64,000 nucleotides of DNA. Source: a bacterium (GTDB lineage Bacteria; Patescibacteriota; Minisyncoccia; Phycocordibacterales; Phycocordibacteraceae). The notes beneath the pieces are model-generated. The model did no database searches. It saw only the letters and a program-made list of their open reading frames with translations, and had not been told where the DNA came from. Below are positions 37,184-47,106 of this stretch, piece by piece (position 1 is the first letter of the stretch; the number at the start of each line of letters is the position of its first letter). Both the position numbers and the translations under genes were made by a program. The stretch is from contig JBBCGK010000001.1 in assembly GCA_037200965.1 (NCBI GenBank), positions 256,001 through 320,000 on the forward strand, given 5' to 3'.

Positions 37184-37636
37184 ATGGTACTTTTCTTTCG
37201 CAGTAAAAATGAGCTGCTGTATTTTTTCTTAGGAATAATCTTCATTGCGCTTCCCGTAGGGATCGCGCTTGAGTACGTGGGAGTTAGTTTAGACGTTTAT
37301 GAAATGGCCGCGCTCGGTGCTTTTGGTGCGCTGCTTATTGTGCTACTCGACAAATTCCTTGCCCGAAGAAAAATGGAGCGGATCGCCCTTTTTTGGGTAG
37401 AGCGACAAGCACACGATTTGGCGGAAGCATCAAAACGCTACCCGATAAAAAATAAGCCGGATAATTCCGCAGCCTTTGATACACACTTGGCGTATTTCAA
37501 CGAACTTAGCGATATATCAAAAAGGGAGGGCATGAAGAAATTCAAACTCTCTGAAAAAGACTGGCATGACTTCCTCGGCTATATGATAATGAAGTCAAAA
37601 AATGACAAGACCAAACCGCAGCCTGCGCGACATTGA
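37184..37636 (+). CDS. Membrane-anchored hypothetical protein (AT-rich island)
   Basis: 150 aa with two N-terminal TM helices and a soluble C-terminus. Confidence 0.4.
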   Translation: MVLFFRSKNELLYFFLGIIFIALPVGIALEYVGVSLDVYEMAALGAFGALLIVLLDKFLARRKMERIALFWVERQAHDLAEASKRYPIKNKPDNSAAFDTHLAYFNELSDISKREGMKKFKLSEKDWHDFLGYMIMKSKNDKTKPQPARH

Positions 37637-38168
37637 GTACGAAATCGTAAACCAGATATACCTCTGCGAAATCTGTTTTGATGTCTGTAAGGCAGTACCG
37701 AAACTACCCGGGCGCGGAAGCGATTTTTTGCCTTTCTATTACAACCTCAACTTTTCAAAGGGTGTTATCTCGCTCCACAGTTTATTGCTCTCAAACTCGC
37801 CAGGCGAGCTATCGATAAGAAACTTCCTCGCTCAATACAAAGCAGACTATTCACGCGAAGACACCGCAGAAATTGAGGCAAAAGTCGCTTCCATTGCCGA
37901 TGCGTTCAAAAAGGTTCTTCCTCTCTCATTGCGGCATAAGGTCGCCGCGCACATTGACCAAGAATTCAAGCACGCCAATTTTACAAGTGCGTATATCGTC
38001 CCCGATGCGGCAGAAAAGTATGCAGAAATTGTGCGCAAACTGAAAGATGCCATTTTTGCTTTTACAAATTACGCGCAAGACGATTACCCGCACGGCAGGA
38101 TTTTAGAGCAGTCAAAGACGGCAATTGAGCAAATAATTTCGGAATCTGATGAGACGTATCGTCTTTGA
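37602..38168 (+). CDS. Hypothetical protein, possibly HEPN/abortive-infection-like (R-x5-H motif)
   Basis: 188 aa and all-alpha in character. Contains SLRHKVAAHID, which fits the HEPN R-x(4-6)-H signature. Low GC. Confidence 0.3.
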   Translation: MTRPNRSLRDIEYEIVNQIYLCEICFDVCKAVPKLPGRGSDFLPFYYNLNFSKGVISLHSLLLSNSPGELSIRNFLAQYKADYSREDTAEIEAKVASIADAFKKVLPLSLRHKVAAHIDQEFKHANFTSAYIVPDAAEKYAEIVRKLKDAIFAFTNYAQDDYPHGRILEQSKTAIEQIISESDETYRL

Positions 38169-38635
38169 GTTATGGGGAGCCAGTCCTGCCGTTTTATAAT
38201 GTTTCCTAAAACGACGGGGCTGGCTGTGCGCGGACTGGGTGGGTGGGCCAAGCACATACAAACATGACTGCGCCCTAGCGCAGACCGCAGTGTATTGCGC
38301 CTCGGATCGCCTTTTGATTACGGAGCAAGGGGCTTCAATGTGGATACTTTGTTGCCCCTTGTGGAGTTTTCAAAACGCGACGCAAACCAAAAACTTCCTT
38401 TCCTCTTTTTCGCCTTTCGGCGGAGGGGTGGGGGGAGGAGCCGGAGAAAGAAATGCAAGGAAACTTTTGGGTTTGACCGCGCGAGTCCGCGAGCGCGGCC
38501 GAGGCGCGTTCAGGTCAGGTGGGTTCGCGCAAAGGTGATACACTCACCGCCCAGTACCGATATTCGAACTTGACAAAAGCTCTTTTACTAAAAAGAACAG
38601 CCCGATTTAACGGACTGCAGTTGAAAAGATTTATC

Positions 38636-39190
38636 TCAATTATGAAGCTGAATGTTGATAACCACTTTCTTCGGCACTTTGCCGTAGATGGCTTCAAGAT
38701 AAAACCGACTGATATCCATCCAGATACCTAGCCAGAGCGTGAACACAAGCTTTTCGCGATTCAGGCCGAGATAGGTCGGCTCGAGCGAGACAGGGTCGTA
38801 ACCGAGGCAATATTCGTCTGGCCTTTCACCGCCAATGGATCTGGTAGTGATTCCCGACTTCCAGAAGTGATGGAACCTCAATTCTCCTTCTTCCTCTTTC
38901 CAAAGTCGGAAGTGCCCGATTCGGTCCTTATTAACTCCGCCTTCCCATTCTTTCTCTTCCTGGCGCTCTGCATCCTTAATGGTGACCTCACCTTGGCCGG
39001 GAGAGTACCCCGATACGTCTTCACCAGAAGACCTTGTACGGGAGCGATATTTCATTTGAATACGTTTCGATTCTTTGAGTCCGGAGCCGTATTTAACAAC
39101 CCTTCGTGCCGCCTCTCGATTCTCGTCGATCCGTGCGATAATTTTCTCAAGAGCGGCATTTACCGCCATTCGCTCTGTATTCGATGTCAT
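38636..39190 (-). CDS. Hypothetical protein (AT-rich island)
   Basis: 184-aa ORF with no recognisable motif. Confidence 0.4.
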   Translation of the reverse strand: MTSNTERMAVNAALEKIIARIDENREAARRVVKYGSGLKESKRIQMKYRSRTRSSGEDVSGYSPGQGEVTIKDAERQEEKEWEGGVNKDRIGHFRLWKEEEGELRFHHFWKSGITTRSIGGERPDEYCLGYDPVSLEPTYLGLNREKLVFTLWLGIWMDISRFYLEAIYGKVPKKVVINIQLHN

Positions 39191-39320
39191 CCAGGTTCTC
39201 CGAGGTTGAAGTTACTACCTATCCGAATACTTTATATAAGGAGCGACTGGCTCGGTCAAACATCCTCTTCAGGGGCCTGTTTCAAATCAGGAAATGTTAA
39301 AGTAAGCGGACTTATAGCCT

Positions 39321-40007
39321 ATGAACCTCCAAATCGAGCACCTAAAAGGCAAAACGGACTTGCTGCAAAAGAAACTCGGCCATCCTGACTATCGCGCTAT
39401 CTACGGCACGGGCTGTATAACGCAGCCTGATGTGTGTCTGATTTTGATGAACCCAACGGCGAGAAACGTTTCAGTACATAAACAATGGAAAGGACTCAGG
39501 GCTTCGTGGCTCGGGACAAAAAACATATGGAAACTCCTGTACCAGCTCGGTTTCCTAGACAAACAGACTTTTACAGCCACTCAAGACAAAAAGCCTCGGG
39601 ACTGGGATGATGCATTTGCGAGGAGTTTGTATACGAAGCTTGCCGAAAAGAAAGTGTTTCTAACAAACCTGGGCCGGTCCACCCAGCCGGATGCGAGGCC
39701 CCTTCCGAATTCCGTATTCGCGGCGTGCGCTCCCCTGATGGAAGAAGAGATCGATTTCATCAGGCCGAACGTAGTGATTACGTTCGGAAATCAGGTGAGC
39801 TCTGTTTTGTTGCAACGGCCGATAAAGGTTTCGGAAGTGAGGAGAAAGCCGTTTGAGCTTAAGACGAAAGGCGGCGTTTATACGACGTACGCGACCTATT
39901 ACCCCGTGGGGATGGGCATTATGAACATGGGTAAGGCGGCGGAGGATATCAAATGGATTCTTTCAAAGCATTCCATCAAAGAACTCCCGGCAAAGCTCCG
40001 CGCCTGA
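39321..40007 (+). CDS. Uracil-DNA glycosylase-superfamily protein (family 4/6-like)
   Basis: GTGCITQPDVCLILMNPTARN resembles the UDG motif A (GxGxxx + hydrophobic + GE/NP), and VVITFGNQ and YYPVG resemble motif B. Confidence 0.45.
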   Translation: MNLQIEHLKGKTDLLQKKLGHPDYRAIYGTGCITQPDVCLILMNPTARNVSVHKQWKGLRASWLGTKNIWKLLYQLGFLDKQTFTATQDKKPRDWDDAFARSLYTKLAEKKVFLTNLGRSTQPDARPLPNSVFAACAPLMEEEIDFIRPNVVITFGNQVSSVLLQRPIKVSEVRRKPFELKTKGGVYTTYATYYPVGMGIMNMGKAAEDIKWILSKHSIKELPAKLRA

Positions 40008-40021
40008 GGTATGCTTGAACC

Positions 40022-40726
40022 ATGTCGGAACCCATACGCATAGGAAATACAGCCTTGGAATTTATACTCGATGTCCCTGACAGGCCGACGACTGCGGCCG
40101 TCGTCTTTTTGCCCGGTATAAGCGGCGGAGCCTTTTCGGATCGTTTCCAGCCTCTGGTAGAAGCCTGTTTGGAAGCGGGTTTCGCGATAGCCCGGGTGAG
40201 CGCATGGAAAGACGCGAAAGACGTCGAGCAAAGGAATTTGAACGGCATTTACCGGGACCTTGGCGAGGTAACTACCTACCTACACGCCCAGGGATATAGT
40301 TCCCTGTTCGGCATCGGAAAAAGCTTCGGCGGCGCCGTAATGCTTACATTCCCTTCCACTCATATCCGCAGGAAAGTGCTGTGGGCTCCCGCGATAGGGG
40401 TTGCGGAAGACGGCGCCACCATAGACGCGTACATGTCTGCTGCGCTTGGCTCCCTGCGTTCGCTGCTGGATTTAACGGTGGACAGGGCATATTTGGAGAA
40501 GAAAGATACGCCTGCGCTTATTATTCACGGCACGGCCGATGCCAATATCCCCTTCTCGAACTCGGAGAGGCTCGTTTCAATGCTCCCGAACGCCAGACTC
40601 CTTTCGATTGAAGGAGCCGATCATTCGTATAGCGAAAAGAAGCACGAAGAGGCCGTCATCCTGGCTACAGTGAATTTTCTTACCGAGACCCAAATACTTC
40701 CTCCAAGCTTTCAACCACTCCCGTGA
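40022..40726 (+). CDS. Alpha/beta hydrolase (dienelactone-hydrolase-like)
   Basis: Nucleophile elbow GIGKSFGG, and HGTAD near the C-terminus. Confidence 0.65.
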   Translation: MSEPIRIGNTALEFILDVPDRPTTAAVVFLPGISGGAFSDRFQPLVEACLEAGFAIARVSAWKDAKDVEQRNLNGIYRDLGEVTTYLHAQGYSSLFGIGKSFGGAVMLTFPSTHIRRKVLWAPAIGVAEDGATIDAYMSAALGSLRSLLDLTVDRAYLEKKDTPALIIHGTADANIPFSNSERLVSMLPNARLLSIEGADHSYSEKKHEEAVILATVNFLTETQILPPSFQPLP

Positions 40727-40767
40727 CGCCACACCGTATAGCGCCGCAGGCGCGCTATACTCTTTCC

Positions 40768-41463
40768 ATGAAAACTGAAAAATTGATCGGGTGGCTCCTG
40801 ATCGCCGGTGCGGTTTTGATCTTTATTCCGTACATCCTCCTTACGATACTCTTCCAGTACCCCGACATCCTCCGCGAAGCTCCGGGAGTCATCCTCACCC
40901 GCTTCCATGATGGCGGCGCGGCGCTCATCCTGTTGTGGTGGGCGTTCGCGCTTGCCGGCCTTCCGCTTCTCGCCGCCTATGTGGCGCTCGGGCAGAAACT
41001 CGAAACAAAATCCCCTCTCGTGCGGATCGCCACCACCCTCGGCGTCATTTCCGGAGCCGTGCAGATCGCCGGGCTCCTGCGCTGGACATTCGCGGTCCCG
41101 GGCATCGCCGCCACGTTCGTCGAGAGCCAGAGCGAAGCGGCGCGGGAAGCCGCGATCGTTGTCTTTCAGACGCTCCATCAGTATGGCGGCGTTGCGATCG
41201 GGGAGTGCCTCGGGCAGCTCCTGACCATCGCATGGATCGCCCTTATGTCGTTCGTCTTCGACCGCCTCCGCCTTATGCCCCGCTGGGTCACCTGGCTCGG
41301 CTACGCCGCTGCGGCGATCTATCTCCTCGCGCAAGCGGAGCTCCTGGGAACGGTGATTCCGGGCTTCCCCGTATGGGACCTCGCGGGCTTTATCGGCAGC
41401 ACGCTCTGGCTTGTCTGGCTCCTGGTGATCGGCGTGCGGTTCCTGAAGCTCAAGATCGATTGA
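40768..41463 (+). CDS. DUF4386-family membrane protein
   Basis: MKTEKLIGWLLIAGAVLIFIPYILLTILFQYPDIL... and a multi-TM pattern typical of DUF4386. The track ORF begins at 40723. Confidence 0.55.
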   Translation: MKTEKLIGWLLIAGAVLIFIPYILLTILFQYPDILREAPGVILTRFHDGGAALILLWWAFALAGLPLLAAYVALGQKLETKSPLVRIATTLGVISGAVQIAGLLRWTFAVPGIAATFVESQSEAAREAAIVVFQTLHQYGGVAIGECLGQLLTIAWIALMSFVFDRLRLMPRWVTWLGYAAAAIYLLAQAELLGTVIPGFPVWDLAGFIGSTLWLVWLLVIGVRFLKLKID

Positions 41464-41503
41464 ATACGGTATACTTCGCGCATTAACCAAACTCTTTCTT
41501 CCC

Positions 41504-41977
41504 ATGAACAACGCACTAACCGGATGGATCGTAGCGCTCGTGGTGGTTGTCGCCGCAGCGGCTTTTTATTTCTGGTCTCCGACGATGCGGCCACCAGCAG
41601 GGCCTCAAGAAACAAATACGCCTGCGCAGCATGAAAACACCGGTGATCCCCTTATGTCGGGGCTCTGGCAAAGCACGATCGATGCGAAGTTCACCCGCGA
41701 GATACGTCCAGATGGCGTGATGATCGACCGATATGAGGGGGATATGGGCGCGGGTACGGGCGGCGAGTGGTCGGTAATCGATCCTGAGGGCGAGCCGGTG
41801 CTCAAAGACCGGGCAGGCGCGCTTTCGGGTATGACCGTCATTAAGGTCGTATGGGACGGCGGCGTCGAAACCACGTATTTCGCGGTCAACAAACTCGACG
41901 AGCATTCGCTTACGACGACCGATCTTTCGGGCCAGGGCGCCGTGACGGTGTATACGAAAATTAGCACTCTTCCCTAG
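41504..41977 (+). CDS. Membrane-anchored hypothetical protein
   Basis: N-terminal TM helix IVALVVVVAAAAFYFW followed by a soluble domain. Confidence 0.4.
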   Translation: MNNALTGWIVALVVVVAAAAFYFWSPTMRPPAGPQETNTPAQHENTGDPLMSGLWQSTIDAKFTREIRPDGVMIDRYEGDMGAGTGGEWSVIDPEGEPVLKDRAGALSGMTVIKVVWDGGVETTYFAVNKLDEHSLTTTDLSGQGAVTVYTKISTLP

Positions 41978-42061
41978 GTATACCGAGATAGGTTTGACAT
42001 CCAGGTCCGCTCGCGTACAGTTTCCCCCAGACGTGGGAAACCCAGACGGAAGGAGATTGAC

Positions 42062-42787
42062 ATGCAAGCAGTGCTTTCGGATACCCAAGCCCGCCGCTTG
42101 CGGAAGGCCGGGGATGTGCTGACCAGAACGAGTACGAAGAAGCTCCGCGATCAGGTAGCCGCGCAAGAAAAGCTTCTCCGGCAACGACAGGAGCGGGAGC
42201 GGCAGGAACGGCTTCGGACCGAGCGCGAACGCCGGGAATATGAAATTCGCTGGCAGGCGCGCCGCGCCAAGGCACGCACCGGGCTCGCAAACCTGCTCGA
42301 ACTCGCGCAATCGCCGGACATGCAGCGCCTGATCGCGCTCAACAAGGAGCCTGGGGCGTGCGGAAGCTTCACCTTCTACGGGGCTTCGCGGCCAAGCGGA
42401 GACGATTGGCCCAATATCCCCGATGACCGCTTCGAACGACGGGATGTCAGGGTCGTTTTCTTTGCTACAGGCATAGACATCGATTTCGGGGCAAGATACA
42501 ATGGCGATATGTCTTGTATTTCGATCTACTTCAACGAAGTACCAAGCAAAGGCGCCGAGCCTGCGTTTCTGGTCGCCTGGGATGAACGCACTCCCTATCG
42601 TACCTATGATTCGTTTTTGGACGCTTTCATCCGAGACACCGGGGACGATGACGCAGTCTTGGCGCTCAAGGTATCGCAACGTAAGCATGCCTGGTTCCCA
42701 GACTTGATCGCCGGGCAAGTAGTCGTCGACTGCGCTGACAAGCGCAAGCTCGGCTACTTCCTCAAACGAGCTTTGGCAACTATCTGA
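42062..42787 (+). CDS. Hypothetical protein with an N-terminal Arg/Glu-rich coiled-coil
   Basis: Strong SD ggaaggagattgac upstream; 241 aa. Confidence 0.5.
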   Translation: MQAVLSDTQARRLRKAGDVLTRTSTKKLRDQVAAQEKLLRQRQERERQERLRTERERREYEIRWQARRAKARTGLANLLELAQSPDMQRLIALNKEPGACGSFTFYGASRPSGDDWPNIPDDRFERRDVRVVFFATGIDIDFGARYNGDMSCISIYFNEVPSKGAEPAFLVAWDERTPYRTYDSFLDAFIRDTGDDDAVLALKVSQRKHAWFPDLIAGQVVVDCADKRKLGYFLKRALATI

Positions 42788-42879
42788 CCGGGAGCAGGCG
42801 ACTCATCCCCGGCCGCAACGCGGCCGGGGATGTTCTTTTTTGCTATACTGGCATTCTTATCCCCGCTCATAAAAAACCT

Positions 42880-43275
42880 ATGAACCGAGTCGCGCACTTC
42901 GAAATACACGCAACCGATCCCGAGAAAGCCGCCACATTCTATACCGACGTCTTCGGCTGGGACATCAAGAAATGGGAAGGAGGTCAGATGGAATACTGGA
43001 TGGTGATGACGGGCAAGCAGGAAGAGGCGGGCGGCATCAACGGCGGTATAACGCGCCGCATGGGCGCGGCTCCGGAGAACGGAGCGGCCGTGACGAGCTT
43101 CGTCTGCACGGTCGTCGTCGATTCGTACGACGCATACCACGAGAAGATCATAGCCGCCGGAGGGACCGTCGCGCTTCCGAAAATGGCGCTCCTTGGGATG
43201 GCCTGGCAGGGATACTATAAGGACATCGACGGGAATATCTTCGGGCTCCATCAGGCCGACGCGAACGCGAAATAA
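42880..43275 (+). CDS. VOC-family (glyoxalase/bleomycin-resistance) protein
   Basis: MNRVAHFEIHATDPEKAATFYTDVFGW... paired beta-alpha-beta-beta-beta modules. Confidence 0.7.
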   Translation: MNRVAHFEIHATDPEKAATFYTDVFGWDIKKWEGGQMEYWMVMTGKQEEAGGINGGITRRMGAAPENGAAVTSFVCTVVVDSYDAYHEKIIAAGGTVALPKMALLGMAWQGYYKDIDGNIFGLHQADANAK

Positions 43276-43290
43276 TCCAGGAATTGAAAA

Positions 43291-43327
43291 GGAAATCGGG
43301 GTCCTCGGACCCCGATTTCCTTTTTCC
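43291..43327. terminator. Bidirectional Rho-independent terminator between the VOC gene and the convergent P-type ATPase
   Basis: ggaaatcggggtcc-tcg-gaccccgatttcc flanked by aaaa on one side and ttttt on the other. Confidence 0.75.
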
Positions 43328-45924
43328 TAGCGTGCCATGCGCGAGCGGAATACCCACTTCGCAAGCTCGATGGCGGTGATATTGAGAAGCGCGACGCCAA
43401 GGACGCCTATAAGCCACGGAAGCGGAAGCGGCACCGTATCGAGAATCCCCTGGAGGAACGGAACATAGAGCCCGAGGAATACGAGCGCGAGGCCGAAACC
43501 GACGCCAGCGAGCATCGCCGGGTTCCCGAAGAACGGATAGGTGAGTACGCTCTTCGTGAGGCTCCGGAGGGCGAACGCGGAGAAAAGCGTGTAGCTCGCG
43601 AAGCTGGCGAAAATGAAAGTGCGCACGATATCTCCCGGGTACCCTGCGGCAAGAAGGCCCCAATAGAGGATGAAAAGGAAGGCGCTCGTCGCGATGCCGA
43701 TAAAGAGGATGAGGAAGCTCATGAGCGGGTCAAAGAGCGCCCCGCGCCCCTGCGCGGGGCGCATGCCAGCATCCTTCTCCTTTTCGAAGGCGAAGGCGAT
43801 CGCCGGGAAGCTGTCGGAGAAGAAATTCACCCAGAGTATCTGGAGGGCCGTAAGCGGGATGACGAGACCGGCAAGGAGCGCGCCGCCGATAAGGAACAGC
43901 TCGTTGGCCGTGTCCGAAAGAAGATATACGAGCGTCTTGCGGAGATTCCCCCTGATCCTTCTTCCCTCCTCGACCGCCGCCGCGATGGTCTCGAAATTAT
44001 CGTCGAGAAGCACGAGGTCGGCGACATCGCGCGCGACCGCGGTGCCGGAACCCATGGCGATCCCGATATCCGCCTGCCGGATGCCAGGCGCGTCGTTCAC
44101 GCCGTCGCCGGTCATGGCGACCGATTTCCCGGCCGCCTGGAACGCCTTCACGATCCGCATCTTATCAAGCGGCGATACGCGCGCGACGACCTCAAGGGTC
44201 GGGAGACGGAGCGCGAGTTCCGCATCCGAGAGATTCCGCAACTCGACGGCATCAAGAACGCCGTCCCCGGAAATGCGCATGCCGGCGGCGCGCGCGACCG
44301 ATACGGCAGTCCCCCGGTGGTCGCCCGTCACGAGCACCACGCGGATGCCCGCCTCCTCGACAAGCGCGAGCGCCGCCGGGACATTCGGGCGGATCGGGTC
44401 ATGAAGCGTCACAAGCCCGAGAAACGACAGCTCCGCAGGCACGATATCCTTAAACGAAACTTCCTCGCCCGCCCCGAGTTCCCGCGACGCAATGCCAAGC
44501 ACGAGCGCGCCCGCGCCTGCTTCGGTATTGATCCGCTCCAGGAGGCGCGCCCGTTCGGAAGCGTTAAGCGCCGAGCGGGCAAGGAGGATATCCGGCGCTC
44601 CGACGAACACGAGCTGGCGACGGTCACCCTCTTTGACGACGGACGCCGAGAATTTATTGACCGCGTTAAACGGCAGCGCCTCCTTTACCTCCCGGGCCGC
44701 GATGAGGGCGGACACGTCGACGCCGCGAAGCGCGGCCGAGCGCACGAGCGACGCTTCGATGATGCGCCCGTCGATGCGCCACTCCTCCGGAGGATCCGAC
44801 GGGTTTTCGACAAGCACGTTCGCATTTTCAAGCGCGAGCCGGAGGAGGCCCGATTCGTCCGTACCGGGCTCGGGTATGAGCGCGCCGATTTCCATGCGCG
44901 CGGTGGTGAGGGTGCCGGTCTTGTCGGTGAGTATCACGTCCGCGCTCCCGAGTGCCTCGGCGGCGGCAAGCCTGCGCACGACCCCCTTGCGGCGCGCCAT
45001 GCGCTGGACGCCGATCGCGAGAATGACCGTCATCGCGATCGGCAGACCCTCGGGTACCGCCGACACGGCGATCGCGACCGCCGTCACGAACATCGCCGCA
45101 AGCGGCTCCCCCGCATAAATGCCCGCGAGGAATATAAGAAGGGTGACGACGCCAAGCGCGAGACTCGCGCGCAGGCTGAACGCCCGCACTGCCGCCTGAA
45201 GCGGCGTCTCTTCGTTCTCGGTGCCGCCGACAAGTTCGGCGATCTTCCCGAGTTCGGTCATGGCCCCCGTACGGCAGACAAGCGCGGTGCCGACGCCCTG
45301 GGTTATAAGGGTCCCGGCGAACGCCATCGAGCGCTGGTCGCCAAGTCCCGCATCCGCCGCTCCCGCCTCCGTAGTCTTTCCGGAGGGAAGCGCTTCGCCC
45401 GTGAGTACCGCCTCGTCAGCCTGCAGGTCGTTTACGAACACCAGCCTCGCGTCCGCCGGGACGCGGTCGCCCTGCGCAAGCCGGATAAGATCGCCCGGCA
45501 CGAGCTCCGTGGCGTCGATCTCCCGCTCCCTGCCGTCCCGTATCACCCGCGCCCTCTGGCGCAGATAGGTCTTAAGCTCGGCAAGCGCCCGTTCGGCCTT
45601 GTGTTCCTGATAATAGCCAAGCCCCGCGTTCACGATAACCGCGGCCAGAATGAACAGGGAGCCTTTGTAGTCGCCGATGACGGTCGTGACGGCTGAGGCG
45701 GCGAGCAGGAGGAGCACGAACGGGCTTTTGAACTGTCCGATGAGAGTCAAAAGCCACGGCGCCCTGAACTCCTTCTCAAGAATATTCGGCCCGAAGCGCC
45801 GGGCGCGCTCGAGCGCCTCCCGGTCGGAAAGGCCTTCTTCAAGGTCGCTTGAAAGAAGGGCGGCGACATCCTCGATGGGAAGCGCCTGATACGGCTCTTT
45901 GGGCGTCCCGAGGAGGGAAGTCAT
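43327..45924 (-). CDS. Cation-transporting P-type ATPase (P2-type, Ca2+/Mg2+-like)
   Basis: DKTGTLT phosphorylation site, TGDHRGTA and GDGVNDAP motifs, and ten TM segments. Start taken at MTSLLGTPKEP. Confidence 0.9.
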   Translation of the reverse strand: MTSLLGTPKEPYQALPIEDVAALLSSDLEEGLSDREALERARRFGPNILEKEFRAPWLLTLIGQFKSPFVLLLLAASAVTTVIGDYKGSLFILAAVIVNAGLGYYQEHKAERALAELKTYLRQRARVIRDGREREIDATELVPGDLIRLAQGDRVPADARLVFVNDLQADEAVLTGEALPSGKTTEAGAADAGLGDQRSMAFAGTLITQGVGTALVCRTGAMTELGKIAELVGGTENEETPLQAAVRAFSLRASLALGVVTLLIFLAGIYAGEPLAAMFVTAVAIAVSAVPEGLPIAMTVILAIGVQRMARRKGVVRRLAAAEALGSADVILTDKTGTLTTARMEIGALIPEPGTDESGLLRLALENANVLVENPSDPPEEWRIDGRIIEASLVRSAALRGVDVSALIAAREVKEALPFNAVNKFSASVVKEGDRRQLVFVGAPDILLARSALNASERARLLERINTEAGAGALVLGIASRELGAGEEVSFKDIVPAELSFLGLVTLHDPIRPNVPAALALVEEAGIRVVLVTGDHRGTAVSVARAAGMRISGDGVLDAVELRNLSDAELALRLPTLEVVARVSPLDKMRIVKAFQAAGKSVAMTGDGVNDAPGIRQADIGIAMGSGTAVARDVADLVLLDDNFETIAAAVEEGRRIRGNLRKTLVYLLSDTANELFLIGGALLAGLVIPLTALQILWVNFFSDSFPAIAFAFEKEKDAGMRPAQGRGALFDPLMSFLILFIGIATSAFLFILYWGLLAAGYPGDIVRTFIFASFASYTLFSAFALRSLTKSVLTYPFFGNPAMLAGVGFGLALVFLGLYVPFLQGILDTVPLPLPWLIGVLGVALLNITAIELAKWVFRSRMAR

Positions 45925-46352
45925 ATGGGGAACAGTATACGCGAACGACAGGCTCGCGCGCCCAAAAGCGCGGCATAAACAGGGAAGTCGGAGCGGGGAA
46001 ATTGCGGGAGGGAAGTCGGACAAGGGGATTGCATTGTGTCTCGTTAGAAAGGCTATGTGCTGTCACATAGGGACTGCTGCTGCGTGCATCCAAAAAGGGT
46101 CTTGATCACCGCAGCCGAGCGATAGAGAGCCTATCCGGGACTATTTGACAGTATATGAAGATTGTATAGTTATCCACAGGTGCCGTTTACGAGATAAAAT
46201 CTAGATAAAATCTCGGTTAGGCAAGTTTTGTGTTTTGAGGTCATAAAATTATGACACGACTCCCCTGCTCCGCTGCTTCGTTTCAGCAAAATTATGTATC
46301 TCGTATCAAGAACTTATCGAGATCTGTATTCTTGAGTGTTTCAAATATACGG

Positions 46353-47030
46353 ATGCATTCGCGCTTTGAATACCTAAAGAACGAGGCGGTGAAGTTGCGC
46401 AAACGTGGAAAATCGTTGAGAGCCATCGAAGGCCTGCTTGACGTTCCTCGTTCGACACTCAGCGGGTGGCTTAAGAACGTTTCCCTGAGTGCGAAACATA
46501 AAGCGTCCCTCGAGAGGAAATGGAGGCTGGCGCTCACGATCGCAAGAACCGAAGCGGTCCGTTGGCACAATACCCAGAGAAACAAGAGACTGGAAGAAGC
46601 CGCTGAGGCAGCAGAAAAGACTCTTCAAAAGATAGGAGACGACTCAGAAATGCTTGAGCTCGCACTCGCTATGCTCTATCTCGGAGAAGGCGGAAAGACA
46701 AAGACGTCTCTTACTCTTGGAAACTCAGATCCGCTCATCGTGCGGTTTTATGTCAACGCGCTTGAGCGTTTATACGGAATCGCCAAAAGCAGGCTGCGGG
46801 CCGAGTTGCATTTGCGCGCGGATCAGGACGAAAACAAGTTAAAAAGATTCTGGTCGAAAGCGACCGGAATTCCCTTGAGACGTTTTGTATACAGCGTAAA
46901 GGATCAGCGCACTTTGGGCCGCGCGACCTATCCCGGGTATAAGGGCGTTTGTGCGGTATCCGGCGGGGGTGTGGCAATCCAGAGAAAATTAATGTATCTT
47001 GCTAAAGCATTTACAAAACGACATTCGTAA
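46353..47030 (+). CDS. HTH plus LAGLIDADG homing-endonuclease-like protein, paralog 1. The track ORF starts at 46251.
   Basis: HTH LRKRGKSLRAIEGLLDVPRSTLSGWL, LAGLIDADG-type motif LALAMLYLGEGGKT, then LGNSDPLIVRFYVNALERL. The stop lies 2 nt before tRNA-Val. Confidence 0.65.
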   Translation: MHSRFEYLKNEAVKLRKRGKSLRAIEGLLDVPRSTLSGWLKNVSLSAKHKASLERKWRLALTIARTEAVRWHNTQRNKRLEEAAEAAEKTLQKIGDDSEMLELALAMLYLGEGGKTKTSLTLGNSDPLIVRFYVNALERLYGIAKSRLRAELHLRADQDENKLKRFWSKATGIPLRRFVYSVKDQRTLGRATYPGYKGVCAVSGGGVAIQRKLMYLAKAFTKRHS

Positions 47031-47032
47031 AT

Positions 47033-47105
47033 GCGCGGTTAGCTCAATTGGTAGAGCACCTCGTTGACGTCGAGGGGGTAGTAGGTTCGAATCCTACACC
47101 GCGCA
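47033..47105 (+). tRNA. tRNA-Val (anticodon GAC)
   Basis: Acceptor gcgcggt/accgcgc, D-arm tagctcaattggtagagc, anticodon stem cctcg/cgagg with loop ttGACgt, T-arm gtaggttcgaatcctac. Confidence 0.8.
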
Positions 47106-47106
47106 C

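Noticed and set aside
44317-45696. 459-aa plus-strand ORF
   Set aside because: Antisense to the P-type ATPase.
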